Shown one piece after another: positions 1 through 12,827 of a stretch of DNA of 64,000 nt. Under the pieces are notes generated by a model, which did not search any database, had not been told where the DNA came from, and saw only the letters and a program-made list of their open reading frames with translations. This stretch comes from Mustelus asterias (taxonomy: Eukaryota), in contig NC_135815.1 of the NCBI RefSeq assembly GCF_964213995.1, positions 16,306,001 to 16,370,000 on the forward strand, given 5' to 3'. Numbering within the stretch: position 1 is the stretch's first letter; the number at the start of each line of letters is the position of its first letter. Position numbers and translations under genes: made by a program.

Positions 1-233
1 TTTGGCAGTAGAGTTGGGCGCGCGGTTCATTAAGTCGATTTAAATGCATGCAAATGCATTTAAATCGTCAGGCCGCCCGATTCGGGCGCAGGCCGGACCC
101 GCGCCCGAATCGGGTGTCCGTAAAGCCGCGATCTGCTGGGAATCGGGTGCAGATCGCGGTATAGGCCCGACGCCCGAATTTACCGCGATTTCGCACCCGA
201 AAACGGGCGCGAAGTTTTGGTAAAATTGGGCCC
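1..233. mobile_element. Right end of a GC-rich PIF/Harbinger-like MITE
   Basis: Ends ttttggtaaaattgggccc followed by TTA; same terminal style as the other MITEs in the window. Confidence 0.55.
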
Positions 234-583
234 TTAGTCTCTCCTCATATGACAGACCTGCCATCCCAGGAATCAGCCTGGTAAACCTTCACTGTACTCC
301 CTCTATAGCAACCCATCGATGGGTTATCCATTCATTAGACCAACAGAGGAAGGAATTTAATTTTGCTCATTACCAATATTGAATAATACAATTTCAGCCG
401 GTTAAACATTTGTGAGGTTAACCTTTTCCACAAAGTGGATAATTATCCTCACACACACGTTCGGATCCAGTGACGACAGTTTGGGAGTAACACATGCGAG
501 GGCCGGCTACCGTTACGCAGCACGCACGTTACGCGGGCGTGGTGTGGCATTTGCCGCCAGGGACAGCATCGATCCTTCTTTAC

Positions 584-706
584 CTTGGCATCTGACACCA
601 TCCACCAGCTGGAAGCCATCTGGACACGTGCATGTGTAGGAGCCGGCGCTGTTGACGCACGCACCTCCCCGGCAAGCACCCGCGTCTTCCTGGCACTCGT
701 CAATGT
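584..706 (-). CDS. LTBP1: cbEGF exon ([41 protein letters not shown])
   Basis: 123 nt, tgtttcag acceptor, G|gtaaag donor, phase 1/1; [13 protein letters not shown] matches the LTBP1 DINECLEDK repeat. Confidence 0.92.
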
Positions 707-2645
707 CTGAAACAGATACGTTCAGAAGGCTGTTGGGAGCTGACAGTCAGATCAATCTCTCTGATGGACTCCATCAAATTCAATGTTCCCTCATTTGTCG
801 CATGCTCACAGAACATGCACCTTAACCAACGATTGTTTTTGCATGGTTCCCCAAGTCAAAAAGGGAATTCCCAGCAGTTGCCTTGGTGACTTGGGCTGTG
901 ACCTATGCCAAAGTTTCACATAAACAGCTTTGGTTAAAATGATTTTCCCCTCATTAGGATCAATGAGCTGAGTTTATCATTCCAAACACCCACAGGGGGT
1001 AAAATGTGTGGGCTCCAAGTTAAAACTGACGATTCTTCACTGTGGAATTTAAAAGGACTGCTCGGATCCCTCTTATTAAAGTTTTATTTACTATTGTCAC
1101 AAGTAGGCATTAACACTGCAGTGAAGTTACTGTGAAAATTCCCTAGTCGCCACACTTCGGCGCCTGCTTGGGTACATTGAGGGGGAATTTAGCACGGCCA
1201 ATCCACCTAACCAGCACGCCTTTCGGACAGTGGGGGGGGAAACGGAGCACCCGGAGGAAACCCACGCAGACACGGGGAGAACGTGCAGACTCCACACAGA
1301 CAGTGACCCAAGCCGGGAATCGAACCCGGGTCCCTGGCGCTGTGAGGCAGCAGTACTAACCACTGTGCCAACATGCCACCCCTTAACTAAACACCCCTTA
1401 ACTAATCCAGTGAAGGCATATCCTATTCATAACTTCAAACATGGACTGTATTCGTGGAAACTTCTGGAACTGTCTTTCATTAGCCTAATGGATGGCTAAG
1501 ATGGCTGCCAAGGGTCAGATGACCTTTGCCACTTCAGAAGAGGCCACCTGAAGCTTCTAGAAAGTTCCTCATTGAATCACCCAGGGTGGGGGCCTCCCCT
1601 TCAATGGACATACCCAGACTGAACCCCTTTGTGGATTTTACACTTGCCATTGTTTGAGGGTTACGTCAACCTCAAAATCAATGGATTTCCAGACTTCATG
1701 CCACCGAGTTTGCAATTTAACAGTTGACTACAAGTGGGTGTGAAGAGCCATCATCGGTCTCCACTGGATAGCAATGGCTTTCAAGCTTGAAGCCATTCTG
1801 GGTGGACAACAGAAGTTGATCAAACTGGCTTCCGATCCCAAAATCTTTCACTATCCAAAAACCCTGAGGAAGCTGGGCAGTCTGCAAAGAAATACCCTTG
1901 CAGAATATCAGCTGCAGACCGAGCTCCTATCACCAAAGAGTTTTTAAACTTGGAGGATGCTACATCTTGATAGTGGCACGGTAGCACAGTGGTTAGCACT
2001 GCTGCCTCACAACACCAGGGACCTGGGTTCGATTCCCAGCTTGGGTCACTGTCTGTGCGGAGTCTGCACGTTCTCCCCGTGTCTGCGTGGGTTTCCTCCG
2101 GGTGTTCCGGTTTCTTCCCACAGTCCAAAAGATGTGCTGGTTAGATGCATGGGCCATGCTAAATTCTCCCTCAGTGTACCCGAACAGGCGCTGGGGGATT
2201 TTCACAGTAACTTCATTGCAGTGTTAATGTACGCCTAATTGTGCCACTAATAAATAAAATCTTAAACAGTTTCCCAGCCTGATTCCTAAATCTAAGTACA
2301 CTTGAACAGAAATCTGACCTCCAGGTACGAAAACCACGAGTGCCTAATTTTGGGACCTGCTGAATATTCATCTGCAATAATCCCACTATCTGACTTTGGC
2401 TCTTTGACCCCATCTAAACTACAGCACAGATAGAGGCCATTCAGCCTGTCAGGTCTTTGCTAGCTGTTTAGAAGAATAGTCTTACTTGGTGCCACATCCC
2501 CACTTTTGGTCCCTAAACCAAAGCTTCGTCATCCTGAAGAAACTGCCCAACTCCCTTTTAAACTTTACTGAACAGCTTCCAACACCTTTTCCAGTCAAGC
2601 ATTCCAGATCCCAACAACTCTCTGAGTGAAAACATATCTTCTCAT

Positions 2646-3652
2646 TGTGACGCTAACGCACCTTTAAAAAATGTTTTTTTTTAAATCATGTTCTCTGCAG
2701 TTAGGCAGCTTTGGCTTTCTTTCATTGTTGCTGGGCTATCTGGTTAGAAGTCCTTTTATTGCTGCTTTGATGGTTTAAATGGGGTTTTGTTTAACTTTTA
2801 ATCTGGGCCTCATGCATTGACTTTGAATTTATGACTGGTTGGCATGTGTTTTGGACAGTTTTTTTTTCATAGTGAATTCAAGGCTTCACTTTCAGCTTTG
2901 GCCTGCTGGCTGCTGTTTTAGTTTAGAAGTGATGTGGAGATGTCGGCGTTGGACTGGGGTGGGCACAGTAAGAAGTCTCACAACACCAGCTTAAAGTCCA
3001 ACAGGTTTATTTGGAATCACGAGCTTTCGGAGCGCTGCTCCTTTATCAGGTGAGTGGAATCCAGTGAAGGGGTTTGGACATCTGACTGAAAAGCAGTGTG
3101 TCTTTCTCACCCTTGTATTGAAAATTCTGCTGGCTCACTGGAAGCAAGGCTTCTTGCCTGCCTGGAGTGAAAATTCTGCTGTTGATGATCTGCTAGCTCG
3201 TAACGAGAGTCTCTCTAACTCCCCAATGTTTTGGGAAGCTGATCTGACTCCAAGCTTGCCTGTGTGTGTGTGTGTGTGTATCAAGAGAACTGCAGCATCC
3301 AACCAAAGGACTAAGCTCCAACATCATGTGAGCATTCGTATTTTCTGTGTTAAACCTGTGACAAGGGTTTTGTTTCAGGAAGTTTGTTTGGTTGGAACAT
3401 TTCATATATTTATTAAGGGTTATACAATATCATGGTTATTTTTCTTTCTTGTTTGTAAATTGTAAAAGTTATTGCTGTATGTTAACTATATTCTTAAACA
3501 AACTTTGTTTGATAAAAGCTCCCTAGTAGGTCATTTGAATCATACCTGAAGTGAAACATCTCATGCCTACTGTAGCCAAATTCAAAGTACAAAATTTATG
3601 AATCAGGCGGATTTCATAAAACACTTTGGAGTTTCTGACCTGAATTATAACA
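2646..3652. mobile_element. Probable solo LTR containing a Penelope-like insertion
   Basis: Begins TGTGAC, ends TAACA, flanks tcat/acat (near 4-bp TSD), non-coding. Confidence 0.55.
2926..3058 (-). mobile_element. Penelope-like terminal fragment with a mutated hammerhead (3017-3053)
   Basis: Same sequence as 54610-54690, but the core reads CUGAUAA (G8 to A), so it is predicted inactive. Confidence 0.72.
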
Positions 3653-4624
3653 ACATGTCGCCTCAAGAACTTTTACCAGTCATTTCAAATTTACCCCGAC
3701 TGACATTCCACAGCAGAGGCAATAGTTGTTCTTTATAGATTCTCAAAACCTCCCAGTAGCTTGGAAGTATCGATAATGTTAGATTTTTCTGACTTACTTG
3801 ATGAAGATCCCAAATGATGTGTGGTGGATTCATCAAATACCAATTAGTCTTTTTGGGCCCAATGGATTTTTTCTTTCATTTGACGTGGTGATAATGCTCA
3901 GCGTGACAGAGGAATGTGTTGTGTCTGCGTTCAGACAGTTGGGGACCTCCATGCTCTTCCAAACCACCTCCCCCCATCCCTCTCTCTGGACATCTCTTTC
4001 CCTTTCATGTCGTAAATATTTTACACCCTGGTCAATAAATATCACACTGGGAAACAAAACAGGACAAGAAAGCTTCAAATGCACAGCACAGAAGTTGCTG
4101 GAAATTATAGAATCCCTACAGTACAGGAGGAGGCCATTTGGCCCATTGAGCCTGCACCAACCACAATCCCACCCAGGCCCTATCCCCATAACCCCACACA
4201 TTTACCCTGCTAATCCCCCGATACCAAAGGGAATTTATCATGGCCAATCAACCTAACCCGCACATCTTTGGAAATCTTAATTGATTTTGTTCAAATATTC
4301 ACCTCATGGTACAAAAGAATATATAGCCACCTGCAAACCACCCCCCCCCCCCTTCCTCCCAACATAGCACGTGTTTTGTGGTGATGGAGACAACACACGA
4401 CTGGCTGGTAGCAGGATCTTCCAGTCCCACTGCTGTCAACAAGGCATCCTGTTGTTTGCAACCACCCCTGCTAGCAAACCCGCAGCGTTTGGAACATTTG
4501 GAAAATCCCCCCACTATCTTTGGAATTCTAGCTGACTCTGACAGAGGAAAGTAAATCTGACAGAGAAGAGATTTGACCCTCCATTATATGTTCTCCCGCG
4601 AGCATGCGATCGGGTTCTTGCTAC

Positions 4625-4747
4625 CTTCGCACTGGTCCCCTGTGGCAGCCAGCCGGTGCCCCGCGTTGCATTCACAGTAGAAGGAGGCCTCAGTGTTCGT
4701 GCATTTCCCGTTGGTGCACAGGATGGCATCCTGACACTCATCCACAT
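4625..4747 (-). CDS. LTBP1: cbEGF exon (DVDECQDAILCTNGKCTNTEASFYCECNAGHRLAATGDQCE)
   Basis: 123 nt, tgcag acceptor, G|gtagca donor, phase 1/1. Confidence 0.92.
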
Positions 4748-5167
4748 CTGCACCAGAGAAGAAGCAACAGTTTACACGCGTTTCCAGTCAGGTCCCGACA
4801 GAGAACGCAAGCCCTGATCAACACTTTGTACGAGAAACGGAAATCAGACAAGTTCCATCACAGTTGGGCAATCTGCTCCATCGGATCGTCACCAAACGAC
4901 TGCAGGTGCAGACTGCCCCTCTTTCAATATGGGGAGGCGATGGCATTATCGCTAGACTATTAATCCAGAAACTCAGCTGGGGACCCGGGTTCGAATTCCA
5001 CGACGGCAGGTGGTGGAATTTGAATTCAATGAAAGATATCCGGAATTAAGAATCTACTGATGACCATGAAACCATGGTCGATCGTCAGAAAAACCCATTT
5101 CAGTCACCCCAGTGCTAATCGAATGGACTGCTCGAGATTTTAATCCCCACACGAGCGGTTAGGTTAC

Positions 5168-5290
5168 CTTTGCACAGTTTGCCATCAGGGCTCGGTTCGT
5201 ACCCTCGGTCGCAGGTGCAGATGTAGGTTCCCACGAGATTGGAACATCTGCCATTGGCACAAACAGATCCGCTGAGGCATTCGTTGACGT
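5168..5290 (-). CDS. LTBP1: cbEGF exon (DVNECLSGSVCANGRCSNLVGTYICTCDRGYEPSPDGKLCK)
   Basis: 123 nt, tttcccag acceptor, G|gtaacc donor, phase 1/1. Confidence 0.92.
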
Positions 5291-7957
5291 CTGGGAAAGC
5301 GGACGCACAATAAAAACGGGTGTCAAAAGGGATGCCAAAGACAACCCTGATAAACCTTGGCCATTTCCAAACAGGTAACAGGAAGCACATGGAGTGAGGG
5401 GGGGGGGGTCAACAAAATGTTCTGGAGTGCACAGTGAACGAGAAAGACAACAAAACCCCTGGAATTTTATTTCTCAAATTACTTGCTGTCCCATTTATCA
5501 TGGAACATCTGCAGCATCCATCTGCCGCAGAATTTAATGGAAGGCTGTCTGGATGGGTCTCAAATAGCGTTTTTCCCAGCGTGTGACTGCATGTCCTATT
5601 TGTAACAGGAAACTGAAAAGAGATACAGTTGATTCTTGACGAATGCCTGGCTGATTTGCCAAGAAGGATTAGGCTTGGATTGGGCCTCTCCCAACCTGCC
5701 TACAAATCTCAGTTTCTAATGTCTGTACCTCAGGACACGGAAGCTGTAAGAAAATGCCACTCCGCACTTCAAGAATTTGCTTAACTTCATGCATTGCTAA
5801 AACTAATTATACTTACGATAAAAATGACACGTGTGCGAGCAGATCTGAAACGGCATTGTTCCACATTAAGTTGCAGAATAGGGTGTGAGCACAAGGTAGT
5901 TTTGGGATGTGATATCTGAATTGTGACAGATTCTACCTCCAGTGATGTTGCACGGCACTGTGGTTAGCACTGCTGCCTCACAGCGTCAGGAACCCGGGTT
6001 CGATTCCCCTCTTGGGTCACTGTCTGTGCGGAGTCTGCACGTTCTCCCCCCCATGTCTGCGTGGGTTTCCTCCGGGTGCTCCGGTTTCCTTCCACAGTCC
6101 GAAAGACGTGCTGGTTAGGGTGCACTGACCGTGCTGAATTCTCTCTCAGTGTACCCAAACAGGTGCTGGAGAGTGGCGAATAGGGGATTTTCACAGTAAC
6201 TTGTGACACTAATAAATAAACTAAACTTTAAAAAATACAGTAGGACGGAGAATCTCTCTCTTGTTTAGCTACATCTTCTCTTTCTCACTATCTCTCCTCT
6301 TTCTCCTCTCTGCTGCTCTCTTTCCAGCTGTTGTGTTTTTTGGCCTCTTCTTTCTTTTCTCTTGTGCAGGGAGTGTTGGAATGTACGGGCATAGTGCGAC
6401 GTCTAAAGCAGATCACCAGCAGTTACAGACAGAAGCTGGGATAGAGGTTGCAGAAACAACATGGCTAATAGGGTGACCTTGCCCCTTTTAAAGTACTGTG
6501 AATCCTGGCGACACGAGAGTTGCTGTTGATCAGACTTCTCCTGAAGGACAGGCTATTCAGCACCAGAAGCCATCACAAAATCCCTACAGCTCAAAAGGAG
6601 GCCGTTCAGCCCATCGAGCCTGCACCAACAACAATCCCACCCTATCCCCATAACCCCACATACTTACCCCGTTAGTCCCCCTGATACTAAAGAGCAATTT
6701 AGCTTGGCCTATCAACCTAATCCGCACATCTTTGGACTGTGGGAGGAAACCGGAGCACCCGGAGGAAACCCACGCAGACACGGGGAGAATGTGCAGACTC
6801 CGCACAGGCGATGACCCGAGGCTGGAATCGAACCCGGGTCCCTGGCGCAGTGAGGCAGCAGTGCTAACCACTGTGCCGCCGTGGCTTCTGACCAATCAGC
6901 AACAAATTGTCAATGTTCCTCAGCAGAACAGATCAAGTCCAATTCTGGAACAAGAGGGAATTTTCACAGAAACGCAGATTCAACTGCTTGCCAAAACAGC
7001 CACACATTTGGTGATAGCTTCACTGTCACCAATTGCAGAGAAAATGTTTTAAGAAAGGGGAACAAAAACAGCAGCAACCAGGTGGTGCCTGTTTGCAATG
7101 TTACAGTGAATGTCTTCATCAAAGACCATGATGCGGGGATCTGTAGCTTATAGCCAAAGTAAATATTGGCTTTGCGCTAGTCCAGATACTTAGCACAAAA
7201 CCAGAAAGAAATCAAGGCATTAATTCACAGATCAGTAACCACTGCTATAAAACTGGCTGTGCGTTTGTCAACAGGATGGAAAGTGTTCATGACTCAACGA
7301 GCGGGATTAGACCAAAATCCTCAGGAGAAGAAGCACTTCAATTTACTGCTGGAATAAATCAAATGGCATTAGGCGCACATTACTACACAGCAAAAGGGAT
7401 GCTTTTAAGGCATGGTATATTTCTCGGAATATGCAGAGTTCGCCTGTGTCGATCCGCTCCTTACTATTTTAAAGTTTAAATGTTTAAATTTTATTCGTGT
7501 CACAAGTAGGCTTACATTAACACTGCAATGAAGTTACTGTGAAAATCCCCAAGTTGCCACACTCCGGTGCCTGTTCGGGTACACTGAGGGAGAATTTAGC
7601 ATGGTCGACGCACCTAACCAGCACGTCTTTCGGACTGTGGGAGGAAACCGGAGCATCCGGAGGAAAATCACGCAGCACGTTCCGATTAATAATCAGAATC
7701 CCGAGACTTTGGGCATAAACGTCTCTTGATGTTTGTACTTCATGACACGACATCTCCTCCCCGCCCTACATACACACATGTACCTCCACCGTGGTACAAG
7801 TCAAAATAACGTCAACACCTTTAGGTTTGACAGCGCAAGGTGCTTTGCGGGACAGAATAGCAAAACATTAACATTAATAAAGTGGTGATGGTGCAGCCAA
7901 AAGTAACACAGAGTACGTAGAAGATTTCATTATATGTCGACTCCGTGTACATATAAG

Positions 7958-8296
7958 GGCGGCACGGTGGCGCAGTGGTTAGCACTGCTGCCTCACAGCG
8001 CCAGGAACCTGGATTTGATTCTAGCCTCGGGTCACTGTCTGTGCGGAGTCTGCATGTTCTCCCCGTGTCTGCGTGGGTTTCCTCCGGGTCCCCGGTTTCC
8101 TCCCACGGTCCAAAGATGTTCAGGTTAGGTGCATTGGCCAAGCTAAATTGCCCCTTAGTGTCTTAGGATGCATAGGTTTTAGGGATCAGCCGGGTAAATA
8201 TGTGGCATTACGAAGATAGGGCCTGGGTGGGATTGTGGTCGGTGCAGACTCGATGGGCCGAATGGCCTCCTTCTGCACTGTAGGGATTCTATGATT
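7958..8296 (+). mobile_element. HE1 V-SINE, type-A (HER1/CR1) tail (representative). Others: 4107-4272(-), 6575-6882(-), 8441-8700(+), 8705-8965(-), 10623-10945(+), 11117-11262(+), 13039-13350(-), 13849-14175(-), 15024-15316(-), 16261-16580(+), 16889-17237(-), 17544-17895(-), 22483-22646(+), 25041-25362(+), 28279-28540(+), 30442-30728(+), 32722-33140(+), 38149-38475(+), 40037-40384(-), 46377-46702(+), 54716-55053(+), 55700-56020(-), 58975-59315(-)
   Basis: Same head and V-domain; tail gactcgatgggccgaatggcctccttctgcactgtagggattctatga, similar to CR1 3' ends in this window. Confidence 0.9.
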
Positions 8297-9057
8297 TCTT
8301 TGATATGATCTAAGTGGCACTACCCCTCTGTCAGGTTGTATGGGTCAGTGAGAGCGAGGTGTGCCCAGGGTGCGCTGGTAAATTCTCCAGTCCGTCACCC
8401 ATTCTAATCAGATAATTTTCTATCACATTTTGATAAGAAAGCACTGCTGCCTCACAGCGCCAGGGACCCGGGTTCAAACCCAGCCTCGAGTCACTGCCTG
8501 TGTGGAGTTTGCACATCCTCCCATGGCTTTCCTCCGGGTGCTCCGGTTTCCTCCCACACCCCAAAAGATGTGTGGGTCAGGTGGATTGGCCAGGTGGATT
8601 GGCCATGTGGATTGGTGTCCCAAGATTAGATGGATTAGCTACTGGAAGTGTGTAGGGTTACAGAGATACGGTGGGGGTAAAGACCTGGGTAATGAGATAG
8701 AAACATAGAATAACTACAGTGCAGAATGAGGCCATTTGACCCATCGAATCTGCACCCACTCTTTGGCACAGCATCTTATCCAGGCTTATCCCCGTAACTC
8801 CACACATTTATCATGTCCACTCCATCTAACCTACACATCTTTGGACTGTGGGAGGAAACCTATGGGGAGAATGTGCAAACTCCACATAGGCAGTCACCCA
8901 AGGCCGGAATTGAACCCGGGTCCCTGGCGTGGTGAGGCAGAAGTGCTAACCACTATGGCGCTGTGAGATGCTGAGCACAATGATAAAGTAACTGCTGTAG
9001 GAGCTGAAGGCAGTATTTGCACTGTAGGCCTCTGTCCTTATATTCTAGCAGATTATA

Positions 9058-9316
9058 TTTTGATTTGATTTATTATTATCACGTGTTGGGTTACAGTGAA
9101 AAGTATTGTTTCTTGCGCGCTATACAGACAGAGCCTACCGTTCATAGAGAAGGAAAGGAGAGAGTGCAGAATGTAGTGCTACAGTCATAGCTAGGGTGTA
9201 GAGAAAGATCAACTTAATGCAAGGTAGGTCCATTCAAAAGTCTGACGACAGCAGGGAAGAAGCTGTTCTTGAGTTGGTTGGTACGTGGCCTCAGACTTTT
9301 GTATCTTTTTCCCGAC
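9058..9316 (-). mobile_element. Rex1/Babar-type LINE 3' fragment
   Basis: Same 3' UTR and (aaatc)n tail as 22945-23320. Confidence 0.8.
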
Positions 9317-9698
9317 AACATTAGGACAACATGCTATAGACAATGTAATTTATAGGGCACTATATGACAGGAGACTACAGAATACATTAGTGAAAGAACA
9401 TACTCTATGTGCCACAGGCTAAATTCAGCATTCCTTATAGCAAACCATGCTCAGACGGAACATGGGCTGGAAGATTTGCACTACAGATTTGTAACCTAAT
9501 CTCCCAACAACAATCCCTTCAGGCTTGGCGCCCCGCAGGGAATGTGGGACTGCCAAATTCATCCTGAGATTTTATCTTTGGTCCTTACATTTCATCCTTG
9601 CAAAAAAAAAAAATAACAACTCTCATTGAGAACGTTTCAAGTGGGGAAGATTGTTTGACAAACTCATTCCAAGTCTACAAGCACCGGTTTTGAAGTCA

Positions 9699-9887
<189 letters not shown>

Positions 9888-10229
9888 TCAAGTTCAATTT
9901 TAGTGCTCTAAAATAACAGAAAAGAGTGACATTTTAAAGAGACAACATCCCATTTCCTTCATCATTAGGTTGCAGTTCAAATTCTCCAAAGAAAAGCTGC
10001 CGAGCTCCTAAAAGACATGGTTATTACACTACAAAGTCGTCAAGTAGCCCACGAGGAACAGACCTCTTTGACTCCAGGCCCAGGTCTAGTGTAACACTCA
10101 TTTGCCATTCAGCACTGGGTGTTAGTCGGTAATAATATTCCAGACACTTTGCTAAGGCAGTTCCAACAACATCACCGGAGTTCATTCCGTTTTCCATTCA
10201 GATGCGGCACAGACTCTGCTGCAGATATA

Positions 10230-10462
10230 CGAGCTACTTCAGCCAGAGGGTGGAGAATCTATGGAATTTATTGCTACAGAAGGCTGTGGGGGCCAGGTCA
10301 TTGAGTGTATTTAAGACAGAGATAAATAGGTTCTTGATTGGTAAGGGGATCAAATGTTATGGGGAAAAGGCGGGAGAACTGGGTTGAGAAACATATCAGC
10401 CATGATTGAATGGCAGAGCAGACTCGATGGGCCAAATGGCCTAATTCTGCTCCTATATTATG
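10230..10462 (+). mobile_element. CR1 LINE 3' fragment
   Basis: YFSQRVENLWNLLLQKAV...FKTEINRFL plus CR1 tail. Confidence 0.78.
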
Positions 10463-11712
10463 GTTACTGATCAGCAATACTCGACCATGGGCAGGGGGCA
10501 GAGACCCAGGGGGGAATTTGCCAAGAGTCACTAAGATCAGCCACCAGGGAGACTCCTTTTATTATTAAAAGCGGATTCTGGCAAAAGTTCGCCAAGCATT
10601 TGGTGCCAATCGCCCAAGAGTTGGCGGCACAGTGGCTGGCACTGCTGCCTCACAGTGCCAGGGACTCAGGTTCAATTCCGGCCTCAGGCCACTGTCTGTG
10701 TGGAATTTGCACGTTCTCCCTGTGTCCGCGTGGGTTTCCTCCGGGTGCTCCGGTTTCCTCTCACAGTCCAAAGGTGTGCGGGTTAGGGTGGAATGGCCAT
10801 GCTAAATTGACTCTTATTGTTCCAAGATGTTCAGGTGAGAGGGACTAGCGGGGTAAATACGTGGGGTTACGGGGATGAGGTGCTCAATCGGAGAGTGGGT
10901 GCAGACCCGATGGGCCAAATGGTCTCCCTCAGCACTGTAGGGATTTTTATACTGTCGGATCAAATAGCTGCCAGATATGATTACTGGGTTCAGCGATAGC
11001 CCTTTCTGAGGTGAAATCAAAAACAAAAGATCAAAAGACACAAAAGAGCAAACAGTGAACTGAAGCGTAGCCCTGCTTGAAATGGACTGGACAATAATGT
11101 GCTTGTGTAATGTAGAAAGATGTGTAGGTTAGGTGGATTAGCCATGGTAAGTGTGTGGGGATAGGGGAGAGAGAAGGCCTGCATGGGATGCTCTTTTGGA
11201 GAGTCGAGGTATACCCGATGGGCCGAATAGCCTCTTTGTGCACTATAAGGATTCTATGGTTCTTTGGTTCAGGAGTTAACGCCATCAGCAAGGTTCTGAA
11301 AGCTGTAGACAAAGCAGCCATTGACAGTGAGCGAGCCGGAAGCTGTTTTTATAACCTTTTGTGCAACAGGAGGGATTAGAATTGCTCACTTAGTGATAAT
11401 GGAGAAGAAGCGAATTGGGGTGGAGGTGGGAAGTTATGATGGGTCGTGCCAGCATTTCTCCCACCCCAGCAGCCACACCACACCCCATTTTCATGCCTTT
11501 GATTTCATTTTTGGCATTGGATTATGGGTGTGTGTGGTTTTTGTTTATTTTTTTTTAGATGAGATTTTCAGATTAATTTTCAGCCATTCCCTCTAATCCT
11601 CCCGGCTCTGAATGCAGCGACTGTGACACAACAACGAGAGGCTCGGAGACAGGATTAGATTGGACGCTGATTTAACTGCTGTCGTAATTCTGTTTAAAAA
11701 GTCATCACTCCC

Positions 11713-12269
11713 TGTAATAAGTCCTCGGAGGCAGAAGTCCCTTCACCAAAATCCCTTTATTTACAAGTCTGACAACAGCAGAGGGCTTTCAGTTAGCTGT
11801 GAGATTCCAAGATGGCGCCGGAGTGAGGTGACTTCTTACAAGCTGTACCCAGCATACCTTCTAATTCTATCTTTTACTCTCGTTCTATGCTTCTAAAACT
11901 TCATTCTAACTCTTTTAAACTCTCTAACAATGCTTTAATTCAATCTCTTGCATTAAGTTGATCTTTCTCTGCACCCTAGCTATAACTGTAACACTACATT
12001 CTGCACTCTCTCGTTTCCTTCTCTATGAACGGTACGCTTTGTCTGTATAGCATGCAAAAAACAGTACTTTTCACTGCATGCTAATACATGTGACAATAAT
12101 AAATCAAATCAAATCAAATCAAATCAAAACACTCGGAGTCCCAGAGGGACTGACACTCATGGTGAAGTACAAAGCAAGAGGCTCCCTGATTGGCCCATCA
12201 ATTTGGCCCTTAATCAGGGAGTTAATGTTCTAACAGGCCCACCTCAATTGCCTGATTAAAGTCATTACA
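11713..12269. mobile_element. Solo LTR interrupted by a Rex1-type element
   Basis: TGT...ACA ends, flanks ctccc/ttccc; shares cttcaccaaa, ggctccctga and ttaaagtca..aca with 38738-38960. Confidence 0.6.
11801..12127 (+). mobile_element. Short Rex1-derived non-autonomous element (putative 5' end fused to 3' UTR)
   Basis: Starts ccaagatggcgccgg, joins the Rex1 3' UTR with no ORF, ends in (aaatc)5. Confidence 0.6.
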
Positions 12270-12707
12270 TTCCCCGACTGTCCAAACTCCTCTGTGTCCT
12301 TAAACCTCATCCAATTCCACTCCCAACCAATCTGAAGTAAAGATTTAGGTGAAACCATTCCACTCCATTGCCAGATAATACAAACACGGGGGCGGCTCGT
12401 TGGCACAGTGGTTAGCACTGCTGCCTCACAGCGCCAGGGACCCAGGTTCGATTCCCGGTCTTGGGTCACTGTCTGTGTGGAGTTTGCACATTCTCCCCGT
12501 GTCTGTGTGGGTTTCCTCCGGGTGCTCCAGTTTCCTCCCACATTCTGAAAGGCGTGCTGGTTAGGTGCATTGACCTGAATACGCGCCGGAGTGCCGACTA
12601 GGGGAATTTCACAGTAACTTCATTACAGTGTTAATGTCAGCCTTACTTGTGACTAATAAATAAACTTTAAAACACGCTCAATGACAGGAGCTGTAACACA
12701 CACCCAC

Positions 12708-12827
12708 CTTCACACTGCCCTCTGTTCATCCTGTACCCTGCGTCACAGTACTGGCATCTGTACGAGCCAACCAGGTTAATGCAGTGGCCTTCTCCACAGA
12801 AGTTGGGTCTCAGGCACTCATCAATAT
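12708..12827 (-). CDS. LTBP1: cbEGF exon (DIDECLRPNFCGEGHCINLVGSYRCQYCDAGYRMNRGQCE)
   Basis: 120 nt, phase 1/1; very close to recalled human LTBP1 DVDECLRPDVCGEGHCVNTVGAFRCEYCDSGYRMTQRGRCE, including the C-x-Y-C spacing. Not shown in the supplied ORF track. Confidence 0.93.

Noticed and set aside
1-233. GC- and CpG-rich start suggesting bacterial contamination
   Set aside because: It ends in a TIR of the same style as the other Harbinger-like MITEs and is contiguous with shark repeats.
1495-1970. Coding-looking stretch (…RAIIGLHWIAMAFKLEAILGGQQKLIKLASD…), also checked as the missing cbEGF exon
   Set aside because: No cbEGF cysteine pattern on the minus strand, and the plus frames are interrupted and unrecognised; possibly an old TE relic.
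6250-6480. Strong plus-strand acceptor (ttctttcttttctcttgtgcag) and a Lys/Arg-rich reverse frame
   Set aside because: Low-complexity CT tract, with no matching donor and no recognisable product.
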